Shown here piece after piece: positions 28,736 to 38,611 of a stretch of 64,000 nt of DNA. Source of the DNA: an uncultured delta proteobacterium. GTDB lineage: Bacteria > Bdellovibrionota > FAC87 > UBA2466. The notes below the pieces were generated by a model. That model saw only the letters and a list, made by a program, of their open reading frames with translations. It had not been told where the DNA came from and searched no databases. The stretch lies in assembly GCA_963778115.1 (NCBI GenBank), contig CAVZSV010000001.1:96001-160000 (forward strand). Reading direction: 5' to 3'. How positions within the stretch are numbered: the first letter of the stretch is position 1; each line of letters opens with the position of its first letter. The position numbers were made by a program, and so were the translations under genes.

Positions 28736-29656
28736 TCATGAATGAATCACCCAGACCGGCAGGTTTGCGTTTCGCAGCACGGCTCGTGTTACACTCCCTA
28801 GAAAATTGATATCGAAACCTTCTTTGCGGGAAACCATGGCGATAATCCCCGAACTCAGATCTCGGGCGGTCTTCACAATGTCACCGGCCGGATCAGTACC
28901 TTCCTCAATCAGAATCAGTTTTGCTCTAACGCCGTTCTTTTTTGCCACTTTTTGAAACCGACAAAGAGTAGCGTATTTCTTCGAGGCCACCTCTTTAACA
29001 GTTCGCCGATAGGATTCCGGAGGGCCAAATGTCGACTCCCCATGCTCTCGAAGAAATTCCGATTCATGAAATAGCGTAATTTTGGCGCCGTGCTGTTGGG
29101 CCATGGCAACTACTCTTCTGAAGCCCACCAAGGAAGCCTTACTGAGATCGGTGGGAAACAATATATTCTGGATCTTTTCAACGACTCGGGCCTTAGGCGT
29201 AACGATGAGAAGGGGCACATCCGATTGTGCCACCAACGTCTCCGCGAAGCTTCCCAGAATCAAACGATTGAGTCCTTTTCGTGAACGACTCGTGATTGCG
29301 AGAAGAGACACGTTCGATGCCCTTGCATAAATGAGAAGGTCACGTGCGACTCGTCTCAGGGAAGAGTTACGTGACGTCAGAAGAAGGGGATCTGACATTT
29401 CGGGGATATCGAACCTCTCCAGCTGCCGTTTTATTTTCTTACTAAGCGAAAGGCGCATTTCCGAGGAGTGAGGGCTGAAGTAATCAGGTGGCACTCTGAG
29501 CTGCGTTGGATTCATCAGATAGACGGGTTCGATGGTCTCGTGGTTTAACTTGCTCCAAGCCCGTAGAAGCTTTGCCATCTTTGCCTGTATGGCGAAGTCA
29601 TTGGCAAAAGTATCAAAGGCCCAGAGTACCCGTTTGGTTCTATTGGTTTCCTGCAT
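28736..29656 (-). CDS. Tandem-domain universal stress protein
   Basis: RLILGSFAETLV..SDVPLL; ILFPTDLS; FLGSVTRAVLRNANLPVWV. Confidence 0.88.
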   Translation of the reverse strand: MQETNRTKRVLWAFDTFANDFAIQAKMAKLLRAWSKLNHETIEPVYLMNPTQLRVPPDYFSPHSSEMRLSLSKKIKRQLERFDIPEMSDPLLLTSRNSSLRRVARDLLIYARASNVSLLAITSRSRKGLNRLILGSFAETLVAQSDVPLLIVTPKARVVEKIQNILFPTDLSKASLVGFRRVVAMAQQHGAKITLFHESEFLREHGESTFGPPESYRRTVKEVASKKYATLCRFQKVAKKNGVRAKLILIEEGTDPAGDIVKTARDLSSGIIAMVSRKEGFDINFLGSVTRAVLRNANLPVWVIHS

Positions 29657-29693
29657 AAGCTCCTTACCGATTGAAAAGCCGTCTAGCCGTTTC

Positions 29694-30143
29694 TCAGGGG
29701 TCAAGAGGAAATCGAAATGAAAAGTGATTCACCTTTCCTTTCCTTTTTGCCTTTATAATAATTTCATCTCCCGCCTCTCGACGTTCTGGGTGGGATATCC
29801 GGCACTCAAAATAATCTTTCTCAAGCCCGCAGTAGAAATTTGTCTCGAGCCCTTTGCTTTTGAGGAGAAGGTAGATTGAGGCGTCTCCAACGATGGGATT
29901 CGCATTTTCAGCGTTGAGCAAATAAACTTTGACCCCCTTTTGGCCATCCATCAGAAGCTCTGCGTGAAACGCGTCTCCCTTTCTTACAATCCCACCGTGC
30001 GGGCCTGTCTTCGGAGAGGTATCACCCAAGGAGACGGTGGGAGCTAGAGAAGATAGAAGGAGAAGGAGAAAAGAGATCCATGCGGGACAAGACGCTAATT
30101 CAATTCGATGCTCTTTCTGCTGTAGAAAGACATTCAACGGCAC
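29694..30143 (-). CDS. Exported hypothetical protein with GPHGG motif (possible metal binding)
   Basis: Hydrophobic leader; GPHGG…FHAEL…VYLL; start uncertain. Confidence 0.55.
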   Translation of the reverse strand: MPLNVFLQQKEHRIELASCPAWISFLLLLLSSLAPTVSLGDTSPKTGPHGGIVRKGDAFHAELLMDGQKGVKVYLLNAENANPIVGDASIYLLLKSKGLETNFYCGLEKDYFECRISHPERREAGDEIIIKAKRKGKVNHFSFRFPLDP

Positions 30144-30515
30144 CCCGCGCTGCGTGTGGATATCAATTGCTCGTAGACTGGAAACCTAATTACCTTCCCC
30201 GGAGGAGTGCGTGGTCCACCTGGTTTTGGAAGGTTGGGAGTTCCAAGGGTTCGGGCAATCAGACAAAGTGAATACACAAAACAGAAAAACACGCTCAACC
30301 TCGATACTGAGACAATGATGCCGCCTCCAAAAGTCATGGACCAATGAAAGTTGCTTTTCATACCAAGGTAGACTGCGACTGCAATGCTACCCAGATAGAC
30401 GTTCCTTCTGAAGATAAAAGGCACCATTCTATCCGATAATAGCAGTGCCGAATTACAGGACGATGAATTCTTGATTACATTTGATCATCTTAGATGAGTG
30501 ACTTAACGCCATGCT

Positions 30516-30785
30516 TTAGGCGACGTCCCGTTTTTCTACAATAACCATTTTCCTTTTTTTCTTCGTCGGAGTTTCTGCGTTAAAGTAACTATCGGTTACC
30601 TGCTCCCGCCAGCGCTTAAATCGCCCGGTAAGACCCGACAGGTTCGATCTGATTTGAGCTGGAAGCGCCGCTATTTCAGACAACACTTCGCGTGGCAGTC
30701 CCAACTCAAGCTCCCCCGCGAACCCGGAGAGCTTCAGATAAAGGAGGTACTCAGTGTCTTTTGTCGTTCCAAATTTAAGTCGCAT
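30516..30785 (-). CDS. Hypothetical protein
   Basis: AAAGGA RBS; no family recognised. Confidence 0.45.
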   Translation of the reverse strand: MRLKFGTTKDTEYLLYLKLSGFAGELELGLPREVLSEIAALPAQIRSNLSGLTGRFKRWREQVTDSYFNAETPTKKKRKMVIVEKRDVA

Positions 30786-31032
30786 GCCTAATTCCTTTCA
30801 TTCGTTCGAATTAACACGATCTGCAATATAGTCTTTCTTCATTACAGGAGAATGAATTTAGGATGATTTTTCGCGTAAGGTCACTTTAGGGACCCATCGA
30901 AGAAGAGCGAGTTTGAGCCAGTCATTGAGCCCAAGAGAGGCGATGAGCGAGCCGAAAAAAGCAACGGCGATCGCTGGCGTTCGAACCGTTGGGCCTGCGA
31001 GAATCAGGCGATTCCATAACCACCGCGCAAGT

Positions 31033-31449
31033 TCAAGAAGCCACCTTTTGAGATCCTTCAGAAAGTCCTTCGAGCGCTCGCTCGAGTTTTTGATCCGCTT
31101 CACCGGCCAGCTTTACCAGACGATCATCCCCCAGCATTTCCATAATGGCCGAGGGGCGCACGAATTCCACCGACATCCGGCCAGAACCCAAGTCTCGAAC
31201 GACTGCATTACAGGGAAGAAGACTCGCGACATCGGGATTCGCCACGTAGGCTTCGTAGGCAAGGTTCGGATTACAAGCCCCCAGAATGACGGTGGCGGCA
31301 ATATCCTTTCCCGTCTTTTCTTTTATCTTCGAGTGGAGATCGATACGGGTAAGAACTCCGAAACCCTCTTGCTTCAGCGCGTTCGTCGCTTGGGCAACGA
31401 TATCTTCCAGATTACCAATGACCGTTCGCTTGAAGTTAATCTTGTTCAT
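31033..31449 (-). CDS. DUF302 domain protein
   Basis: LKQEGFGVLTRID…ILGACNP…LLPCN. Confidence 0.9.
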   Translation of the reverse strand: MNKINFKRTVIGNLEDIVAQATNALKQEGFGVLTRIDLHSKIKEKTGKDIAATVILGACNPNLAYEAYVANPDVASLLPCNAVVRDLGSGRMSVEFVRPSAIMEMLGDDRLVKLAGEADQKLERALEGLSEGSQKVAS

Positions 31450-31459
31450 GGATAGTGCC

Positions 31460-31813
31460 TCAATCCTTCTTCTCGGGTTCGGTGCCGCCCTCTTTCATCA
31501 TCCTGTGCTTACCACGCATCCCGCGATGCATTCCCTTCATCCCGTACATCTCTTCCATCATAGGACAATGGTCTTCTTTCGCCATTGGGCATTCCTTTTT
31601 CATTTGCTCGTGACATTCAGACATCGGCTTATCGGAGCGTAAGCACTCAGCCATCTTCTTGTGCATATCGGCCATCTTGTCCATCAGGTCTGCGCGCTTT
31701 ACGCGCTCTTCTTTGGTAAGCTCTGGCATTTTCTTGGTGTCGTCGTTGGCGCGACCCACGGGCGACTGAAGAATAAACATGGAAAGGACTAACAACGTTG
31801 CAAAGCGCATCAT
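31460..31813 (-). CDS. Secreted Met/His/Cys-rich protein (possible Cu/metal binding)
   Basis: Signal peptide; MADMHKKMAECL…ECHEQM…C…HCPMM. Confidence 0.65.
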   Translation of the reverse strand: MMRFATLLVLSMFILQSPVGRANDDTKKMPELTKEERVKRADLMDKMADMHKKMAECLRSDKPMSECHEQMKKECPMAKEDHCPMMEEMYGMKGMHRGMRGKHRMMKEGGTEPEKKD

Positions 31814-31858
31814 AGGAACCTCTTCTGGCTAGTTAGGTTTAACTGCATCCACTTATAG

Positions 31859-31874
31859 TGCAAGTCACGCACCA
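31859..31874 (-). promoter_or_regulatory. Possible sigma54 promoter
   Basis: Minus strand TGGTGCGTGACTTGCA (GG-N10-GC), about 45 bp upstream of 31813. Confidence 0.45.
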
Positions 31875-32010
31875 TGTATTGGCTCCAGCTCAGACAGAGT
31901 TCAGTTGATTCGAGAGACAAATAGTCCCGAAGTTTTCGCCTTTCGTCCCATCACGGGCCTTTGCCGGGCTCGTCGAACCGGCATCCCAGCTACAGAAGCA
32001 TTGCGAGAAA

Positions 32011-32367
32011 TCACTGAAAAAAGCGGTACCTCTCCACAACCCAGACAAAAGCCAAGGCCAACACGATGAACACCAAGAGACCTAATCCTATTGAGCGATT
32101 CGATCCAAGCTTCGGAGCGGTATAGGCAATAACGGCCATATAAGGAACCCAGGAAACCAGCGTTCCCACCAACACGAACTTAGAATGCTGGCTTACGGCC
32201 ACCGCGTCTTTGGCCGCGCCGATGAAAAAGTAGGAGACGATGGTAAATACCGGAACCAAAGCCGCGAATCCTGACCAGGTTCTAAGTCCGCTTTCTTCTA
32301 ACCCGACAATGAGTGCCGTCACTGTCCCTCCGATCAAAAAGGTCACTAGGAATCCAGAAAATGTCAT
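32011..32367 (-). CDS. GlpM-like small membrane protein
   Basis: FLIGG…GFAALVPVFTIVSY; four TM helices. Confidence 0.6.
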   Translation of the reverse strand: MTFSGFLVTFLIGGTVTALIVGLEESGLRTWSGFAALVPVFTIVSYFFIGAAKDAVAVSQHSKFVLVGTLVSWVPYMAVIAYTAPKLGSNRSIGLGLLVFIVLALAFVWVVERYRFFQ

Positions 32368-32483
32368 TGTGCCCTCATTTACAAAGTGCGCTCCTCTTTT
32401 ATACCGCGCTGATCACGCTGACTAAGAAAAAGAAGCAGCGCTGAACCTCGATTGCAAGCGCGACCGATGCCGAGGAACATTCG

Positions 32484-32613
32484 GTGTGTTCCGCACGAAA
32501 ACGCACCAACTACCCCCTTTTACCCCTATCCTGTCCCACAAACGTCCCACAAAAAAGCGTGTGGGACGGGTACGAGCGTAGGCGGAGTTTGGCGTGGGAC
32601 AGTTTTATCCCCT
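32484..32613 (+). repeat. ~130-bp att-arm repeat, copy 2 (no tRNA core upstream)
   Basis: Near-identical to 24882..25011. Confidence 0.9.
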
Positions 32614-32620
32614 CGTACCG

Positions 32621-33772
32621 TCAGGGAACGTTAGGAACCAATGGATCTAAGAGATCTGCATATCGCTTGGCCCATTCCAGCCACTTTTCCAACTGGCTTC
32701 CGCTGTCGATTTTCCCGTGACGTTTCAAAGCGTCTGCTTCCACCGTCGCGATGTATTCCCTTATCCGATGACTTTGGTGCCAAGCTTCCACCTCTCGCCC
32801 CAGAACCTTCCGCCGTTCCTCTTCCTGTCGTTGCAACTCTAACTGTTCGTGGTATCGCAGACTTTCTTCCTGACGCTCTTTAATGAGTTTTTCGTGCCTT
32901 TCGCGCCCGACTTTTATCGCTTCTGCCGCCTTAATTAAGCCTCTAAAGAACGAATCGAGACGCGTTTCCAACCTCTGCTTGTCACTATCAGACCAGCTTT
33001 TTCGACTTCCCCGAGGAAGGAAATCTCCATCTAGACAGAGTGAGAGGTTCCCCGTAGTGGAAAAGCGGTATCGATCACGAATGTAGGCAAACGGGCTTCT
33101 TTCCAACTCCCATTTTTCGGCATTTGTAAGACGTCGTTCCTCCCGCTTGGTTTCCTCTTTTATCCAAATCCGCACGTCCTCCTCTAAAACGCGCACGAGC
33201 GTATGACAGCCCTTCTCCTTCCGAACAATCTTGAATGGAAAAGAGCGCCTCTCAAAGGCGTTTAAGATCGTGGTCATGATCCTTCCGGCACGATCCAAAC
33301 TAATCCTGCTCACCAAAATATCGAGTAAATCAGGACCAACCCGCTTAAGAAGCCCGAACTGATCGGGCTTACAATCTCGGCTCCTGAGAGCTTTTGTGGT
33401 CTTTTTTACGACTGGGTGAAGGGGAACCTCCTCAGGAACCGAAATAGGGACCGAGGCCTTTTCGGCAGCAAGAGCCGAAATAAACTCCGGTCTTGGCGAG
33501 CTAAAAATGGAGAAACTCTCTGTCCTAAAAATGCGAATATTATAGTTTTCGCCTTGAGCCATCGGTGGGAGATTGGGTTTTCTTTCCTTATAACCGTGTT
33601 GTACCCGCGCCCAGTACCCCAATGGCGGTCGCGGAATTCGATGTTTTTTGCAAATCTTCGCGAGGCCGACGTCGGAGAGGCCGTATGTTTTGGCAAGTTT
33701 CTGAACCGGGGTGGACCATACCTTTTCGTAAAGTTGTTCCCTCGTGAGAATTACTTCGTTTTGCTCGTCCAT
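32621..33772 (-). CDS. Conserved mobile-element-associated HTH protein
   Basis: LTREQLYEKVWSTP…GLSDVGLAKIC…PRPPLGYWA N-terminus and WLEWA…DPL C-terminus; start at ATG 33772 inferred. Confidence 0.7.
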   Translation of the reverse strand: MDEQNEVILTREQLYEKVWSTPVQKLAKTYGLSDVGLAKICKKHRIPRPPLGYWARVQHGYKERKPNLPPMAQGENYNIRIFRTESFSIFSSPRPEFISALAAEKASVPISVPEEVPLHPVVKKTTKALRSRDCKPDQFGLLKRVGPDLLDILVSRISLDRAGRIMTTILNAFERRSFPFKIVRKEKGCHTLVRVLEEDVRIWIKEETKREERRLTNAEKWELERSPFAYIRDRYRFSTTGNLSLCLDGDFLPRGSRKSWSDSDKQRLETRLDSFFRGLIKAAEAIKVGRERHEKLIKERQEESLRYHEQLELQRQEEERRKVLGREVEAWHQSHRIREYIATVEADALKRHGKIDSGSQLEKWLEWAKRYADLLDPLVPNVP

Positions 33773-34060
33773 GACGGGCCGAAAAATAGGCCCGAACGAA
33801 CGATCTGTAAAGAAACTGGTTTGCCAGATGGCGAATGGGGGAATATTTTTCCGGAACATAACAGAGAGTCGGCAAGGCCACTTTTCTGGTTTTCAAAGAC
33901 GGATGGGGGTCATGAAAATGGCCCCCATTTTTGCTATTTGCCCTTGAATTTCGCCAAATAAACGAGCAAGAGAACGGAAACAATAACCGGGAGTCGTCCA
34001 TCGTTCCGGCTACTGTAGTTGACGGTCCATCCGTAGGTCTTCAATCGAACGATTGGAGAC

Positions 34061-37000
34061 CTATGGATTTTCAGAAGCAAGAGGTTGAATTAAAACAGAG
34101 TTGGAGTTTTCAACTTTGACTTCAACCTTTTCCAGAATCTCCAAGCCCACAAGCTTGGGAGCCATTTTATTCTTGTTCTCGCCGGATACATCCTTCAGAT
34201 AATCATAATTGCCACTGACTAGCTTTCCAGCAAGGACCGTATCCATTTTGGGATCATTAATCTTAAAAATAAACCCAGATTTGGGAAGATATTCTTTACC
34301 TGCTTCGCGAAAATACTCAAGTACGATGGAGTTCTTGTCACATACGACGATCATTTCTCTCGATTCAGCATTTCGAATGAAGATCTGATAAACGGGTATC
34401 TCACTCTCATTGTACCGATAAAATCCGACAGGCCGAGCTGGTTTCCTCTCTGGCGAAAATTCGTTATTCATTCTATATTTCTGATCGGTGCGAAGCAGCC
34501 TCATAGAAAACAAGTCCCGGGATGTAAGAATTAACAGGTTGCCCACCTGGGATTCGGATTCGATTAGCTTCTTTACCAACGAATCAATTCCACCAGCTTG
34601 GACCTGCAGCCCCGCCTTATTAAGTTGTTCGAAAATGTACTCGTCCTCTGAGGACGCCATTCCCTCCGCATAATGTGTCCCGGCTTCCGGAAAATGGACC
34701 TCCGTCTCAGTAAAATATTCTCTAGGAACCAATAAGTTAATACCCCAGCTAAGCTCGGGAACTGTTTTTGAATCCGAAGTGGTTTTGCGCTTGAATAAGT
34801 GGCGGAGAATGGTTTTCAGTTCGAAGGTGGAGTCAAAATTCTCTTTAGCAATTTTAATTTTCTCTTGGGACAGGTCGGTCTGAGCTAGTTTAAGGTCAGA
34901 ATTCAATTTTGCTGTTGTTCTAATCTGATCGAAAATACTTATTAGAAGCTTAAATTGTCCTTCAGTTGGAGAGATGCCGAGTGTGTCGGCTTGTTCTTTA
35001 ACCTGGGGCAATGTCGATCGTATACCTCCGGGAGTATCCGAGAAATCGAACGTATCAAGATCCCAGATATCTTGAAGCTTCCATTTTTCGATAGTGTATT
35101 GTTCAGGCAGAGCCTGCGCGGCTCGCAGGAACACGAGAGCCAAAAAGCGCCTTTCGTATTGGGGAGATTCAAGGGCTTTTGCAAACCGCGTGGGAATCTT
35201 TTCCCAAAACTCCCAGCCCCAACGCTTGGACACACCGAGTTTGTTGATTCTAATGTTTAGTTGAACGACTTGTTCCAGATCTGATGGAAAGTAATTGAGG
35301 ATGTTTTGTATTAGGGGGTAGAGTTCCTTCTTTTCACCGTGAGGTGACTCCGCACCCTTCGAATCGAGTTGAAGAAGAGCGTAGGTACCCAATCCAATGC
35401 ATACCTCCTGTCGCCAGGCCTTGAAGATTTCTCTGAGCTCTGACTTTACCCTTAGATCCCTTATCTTTTCTTCTTGTTCCAGTCTTGACTGTTCGTCGTG
35501 AATAAACTTCTGGACGGACAGAGCCAGGTTTAACTCAGATTCAACGTCCTCGAACTGAAATAGATTGGGGAGCTCATGAACCGCCATCAGTAGTTCTCCT
35601 AATTCCTTCTGATCGCACCAATCTATTGAGCTCTTACCTAAGTAGAGTAATGCATCAAATGCCGTGCGTGCTGCCTCAAGAGCGAAGGAGTGCTTTGAAC
35701 CTTGGCGTGCATCTCTCTCTAAATCATACCGGATGGAATGTTCAAGGATGGAACTGACCCACTCTCTTGGAATATTAACTAGGTCCTTTTGCTGCCGATC
35801 ACGGATCCAATATATCTGTTGGAGTGCCATCTGGATGAACTTCGTAAAGGTAAGCTGCTCCTTCGCGCGGTACGCGATCATGGAAAGGCTAAGAGGAGTA
35901 TATAAAACCTCTTGGCGAAGACGTCGATCAGTCACGGCGGTAGATAACACGATCTCTTGGAAGTCGCTCAAACATGAAAGCATTTCCGAGAGCGGCAGCC
36001 AATCCTTACCAAAGAAGGGAACTTCATTTTTTACTTCTTCCCTGGAGTACGAAATTCCGAGTTCCGTAAATGTTGTTATGAATCCTTTTGTTAATTGCTC
36101 GAAGACATCCTTTATTTTCTTGATGACCCCGATGTTACCATCTCTAATTGCTGTTCTTCCCGCATGGCGAATTCTTTCTAACGTTCTGTCCAAAACATCG
36201 CGATGCTGAAAGCGATTTCCGACCGGCGCAATTTTGAAGCACCGATAAAGGCGCTTTGTAAAATTCCCCCTCTGGGAGTCATTGAGATTCACCCACTTCG
36301 GCAAGTAAAGTTTTACTAATTCGCGATCTTCCTCGACAATTTCGTCCCCTGGATTAGCTCTCAGTACAATTTGAAAGGAAGGGGTCCCTCTAGTTCGTGT
36401 CGACTGAGTTTCGGTCGGCCTTAACTGAGGCTGTGATTCCGGTGTCACAGGTGATGTTAACGCCTTAAGATCGGAAACAAGTACTTGCAGCAACTTATCG
36501 TCTATTTCTTCGACAATCCCCAGGGTATCCGCCTTAACTATAATTTCCGAGTCTCCATCATCAGAGCGATAAGAAATGAGGTTAGATACGAATGGTTTGA
36601 GCGATTCAATATTGCGAAAGGTAAGGTTAGAGGCCATTCGCATCGAAGCGATCTCTCGTGTCGCACCACTCACGGTCGAACTTATCATGTTTTTTTCTGT
36701 GTCATTCCATACTTTGGGGACAAACATTGCCTCCAAAAGACGAAATAAAACGAAGCCAGCGATGAGGAGCGTGATCACTGAAACAATTTGAGCCCAAAAA
36801 TAATGGGTCTCAAACGCCATGTTTCCTACTAGAGAAACCAACACCAGGCTGAGCGGAAACGCTAACGCGTGTCGAAGCAGAACTTCCGGATTGGAGAAGA
36901 TTCCTCCACCTTCATCTGAGTTATATCCAATTATAAGACCAAAAAGGGGAAATAGGATTGCAGTTGCAGCTACAGAGATCGCTATTACTTCACCGAAAGA

Positions 37001-37381
37001 AGGACGCGGATTAACCTGGCCCGCGAAGTATACAAAAATGATTCCATCTGCGAGCTGGTAACAGAATACAGTCGCCAGAAGTATTGCAATGCCAATTAAA
37101 GCATTCGGGATATTTAGATGGGGAAACTCGAATATCGAGTCATTTAGTGATGGGAGCACAATTCGTGACTCGCGAAGCGAGCGTTTGCTTCTAAAAGCTT
37201 TCCAGATCTGCTGGTCCCAAAGTACGAGGAAAACAGAACCCAGAAAAGCGACGAGTGCTATCGAAAACTTGGAAGCTGGAATTGAGTTCCTAATATAGGC
37301 TGCTACTTGCGTGAAGCTGGAAATAGTTGCGTGCGATATTACTTTTATCTGGGAGACAAAATGGTAAATACAGTTAGTCAT
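34061..37381 (-). CDS. Large hypothetical protein with N-terminal multi-TM region
   Basis: 1106-aa ORF, about 5-6 hydrophobic helices in first 220 aa, long soluble remainder. Confidence 0.75.
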   Translation of the reverse strand: MTNCIYHFVSQIKVISHATISSFTQVAAYIRNSIPASKFSIALVAFLGSVFLVLWDQQIWKAFRSKRSLRESRIVLPSLNDSIFEFPHLNIPNALIGIAILLATVFCYQLADGIIFVYFAGQVNPRPSFGEVIAISVAATAILFPLFGLIIGYNSDEGGGIFSNPEVLLRHALAFPLSLVLVSLVGNMAFETHYFWAQIVSVITLLIAGFVLFRLLEAMFVPKVWNDTEKNMISSTVSGATREIASMRMASNLTFRNIESLKPFVSNLISYRSDDGDSEIIVKADTLGIVEEIDDKLLQVLVSDLKALTSPVTPESQPQLRPTETQSTRTRGTPSFQIVLRANPGDEIVEEDRELVKLYLPKWVNLNDSQRGNFTKRLYRCFKIAPVGNRFQHRDVLDRTLERIRHAGRTAIRDGNIGVIKKIKDVFEQLTKGFITTFTELGISYSREEVKNEVPFFGKDWLPLSEMLSCLSDFQEIVLSTAVTDRRLRQEVLYTPLSLSMIAYRAKEQLTFTKFIQMALQQIYWIRDRQQKDLVNIPREWVSSILEHSIRYDLERDARQGSKHSFALEAARTAFDALLYLGKSSIDWCDQKELGELLMAVHELPNLFQFEDVESELNLALSVQKFIHDEQSRLEQEEKIRDLRVKSELREIFKAWRQEVCIGLGTYALLQLDSKGAESPHGEKKELYPLIQNILNYFPSDLEQVVQLNIRINKLGVSKRWGWEFWEKIPTRFAKALESPQYERRFLALVFLRAAQALPEQYTIEKWKLQDIWDLDTFDFSDTPGGIRSTLPQVKEQADTLGISPTEGQFKLLISIFDQIRTTAKLNSDLKLAQTDLSQEKIKIAKENFDSTFELKTILRHLFKRKTTSDSKTVPELSWGINLLVPREYFTETEVHFPEAGTHYAEGMASSEDEYIFEQLNKAGLQVQAGGIDSLVKKLIESESQVGNLLILTSRDLFSMRLLRTDQKYRMNNEFSPERKPARPVGFYRYNESEIPVYQIFIRNAESREMIVVCDKNSIVLEYFREAGKEYLPKSGFIFKINDPKMDTVLAGKLVSGNYDYLKDVSGENKNKMAPKLVGLEILEKVEVKVENSNSVLIQPLASENP

Positions 37382-37562
37382 ATCTCTGTTTCGCCCTGTG
37401 TTTCGGGTGTGCTTTCGGATGCTTTAGTTGGTCGTCGAATCGCGCAAGGTTTGGTGCGGGACCCCTCTGAATGTCGCGGATAACAGTTTCGGGACTGATA
37501 GCTATTTCGAGCAAACACGCCATGGCCATCAGCCCACCAATAAATTGAAATAATTTACCCAT
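37374..37562 (-). CDS. Small membrane/secreted protein
   Basis: Supported by the paralogous pseudogene at 11447. Confidence 0.7.
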   Translation of the reverse strand: MGKLFQFIGGLMAMACLLEIAISPETVIRDIQRGPAPNLARFDDQLKHPKAHPKHRAKQRYD

Positions 37563-37591
37563 GTCCCTGTATTCCTTTACTATGCTGTTAC

Positions 37592-38611
37592 TCATCCGGC
37601 AAAGACGCACGATGCGTCATCGCGATTTTGGTACCATTCCGTAGCTGCGAGCATCCGCACGACCTTGCCCGGCGGGAAATAGCCGTGTGGGTATTCACGA
37701 GAAGTGAATCCCTGGAGAACTTGCTCTTTCTCACCGTCATCGAGTGCCTTCTCGAAGGCTTCCAAGGCTGCGAGTCTCTCCTCGATTCCAATTTCAGGAT
37801 CAGTTGGAGCAACTGAAAGCAAAATCGGTGGACTCGATGGTTCTTTTTTATTTTTAATCTTCTTAATACTTCTTAGATCTTGCTCAATTTGAGGCGGTAG
37901 CTGCCTCACTGCGAGTTGGGTGCCGTCTCTTTTTGAGGCGGCTTGTACACCGGATTGAGCCGCCTCACTTTGAGGCACCTTCTTTTGAGTTTGTTTATCT
38001 TCGGGATCTCCGCCAGACATCGGTCCGCTACACGCAACCGGGCATATTCTCCAAACATTCCCCTTCTTGAAGTCGACCTGGACAATAGAGACGAGGCTCT
38101 TATCCTTGAGAGTCTTTAGAGCCCGGGAAATAGTAGCGTGAGGCATCCCCGTATTGGTTTCGATAAACCCCACAGAGGCCCTCACCATTCCATCCGAAGT
38201 CGGGTACCTCCAGGCCCGGCTAGAGAGCCAAAGAAACAGACGGAAACAGTCGCCAGAAAGATCCCTAAGCGAAGGCTCAGAGAAGACTCGATGGGACAGC
38301 TTGAAAAAACCGGATACCTCTTTCTGAGCAGACTCGTTTTGAGGTGGGTCATTTTGAGCTGCCCCACGTCTAGCCGTTTCTAATTGAGCTACCTCTTTTT
38401 GAGGTGCCTCAGAACAAACTACCTCATTACGAGCTTTCTCACTTTGAGGTATCACCTGGGGAGCGGACTGAAAATGAGGCACCTCATTTCGAGGTGCCTC
38501 CATTTGAACCGGAGGTTTAAATGCGAGCCCTTCGTTCTTTAGTTTCAGCGGCTCATTCACCCGAAGCGCCTTCATCCGTTCCTTTAAGTCGTCGTTGCGC
38601 CGATTACTCAT
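37592..38611 (-). CDS. Putative replication initiator (winged HTH) with intragenic repeats
   Basis: GFFKLSH…LSGDCFRLFLWL…TGMPHATISRALKTL wHTH; ATGA-coupled to parA; repeat arrays inside the gene. Confidence 0.7.
   Translation of the reverse strand: MSNRRNDDLKERMKALRVNEPLKLKNEGLAFKPPVQMEAPRNEVPHFQSAPQVIPQSEKARNEVVCSEAPQKEVAQLETARRGAAQNDPPQNESAQKEVSGFFKLSHRVFSEPSLRDLSGDCFRLFLWLSSRAWRYPTSDGMVRASVGFIETNTGMPHATISRALKTLKDKSLVSIVQVDFKKGNVWRICPVACSGPMSGGDPEDKQTQKKVPQSEAAQSGVQAASKRDGTQLAVRQLPPQIEQDLRSIKKIKNKKEPSSPPILLSVAPTDPEIGIEERLAALEAFEKALDDGEKEQVLQGFTSREYPHGYFPPGKVVRMLAATEWYQNRDDASCVFAG
37841..37991. other. Putative replication origin: AT-rich tract plus iterons
   Basis: AT-rich 37841..37880; CTC-N5-GAG-type units (degenerate) start at 37881, 37903, 37925, 37947 (22-bp period), then 37962, 37977. 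Confidence 0.65.
38316..38510. repeat. 13 tandem degenerate 15-bp palindromic units, consensus about RCCTCANNNTGAGGY
   Basis: For example ACCTCTTTTTGAGGT, ACCTCATTTCGAGGT, TTCTCACTTTGAGGT in unbroken 15-bp register. Confidence 0.85.

Noticed and set aside
30134..31103. ORFs 30134..30427 and 30858..31103
   Set aside because: No recognisable family; the second overlaps the DUF302 gene; could be small real genes but are unsupported
38316..38510. CRISPR array
   Set aside because: Units are 15 bp, degenerate, abut with no spacers, lie inside a CDS, and no cas genes are present
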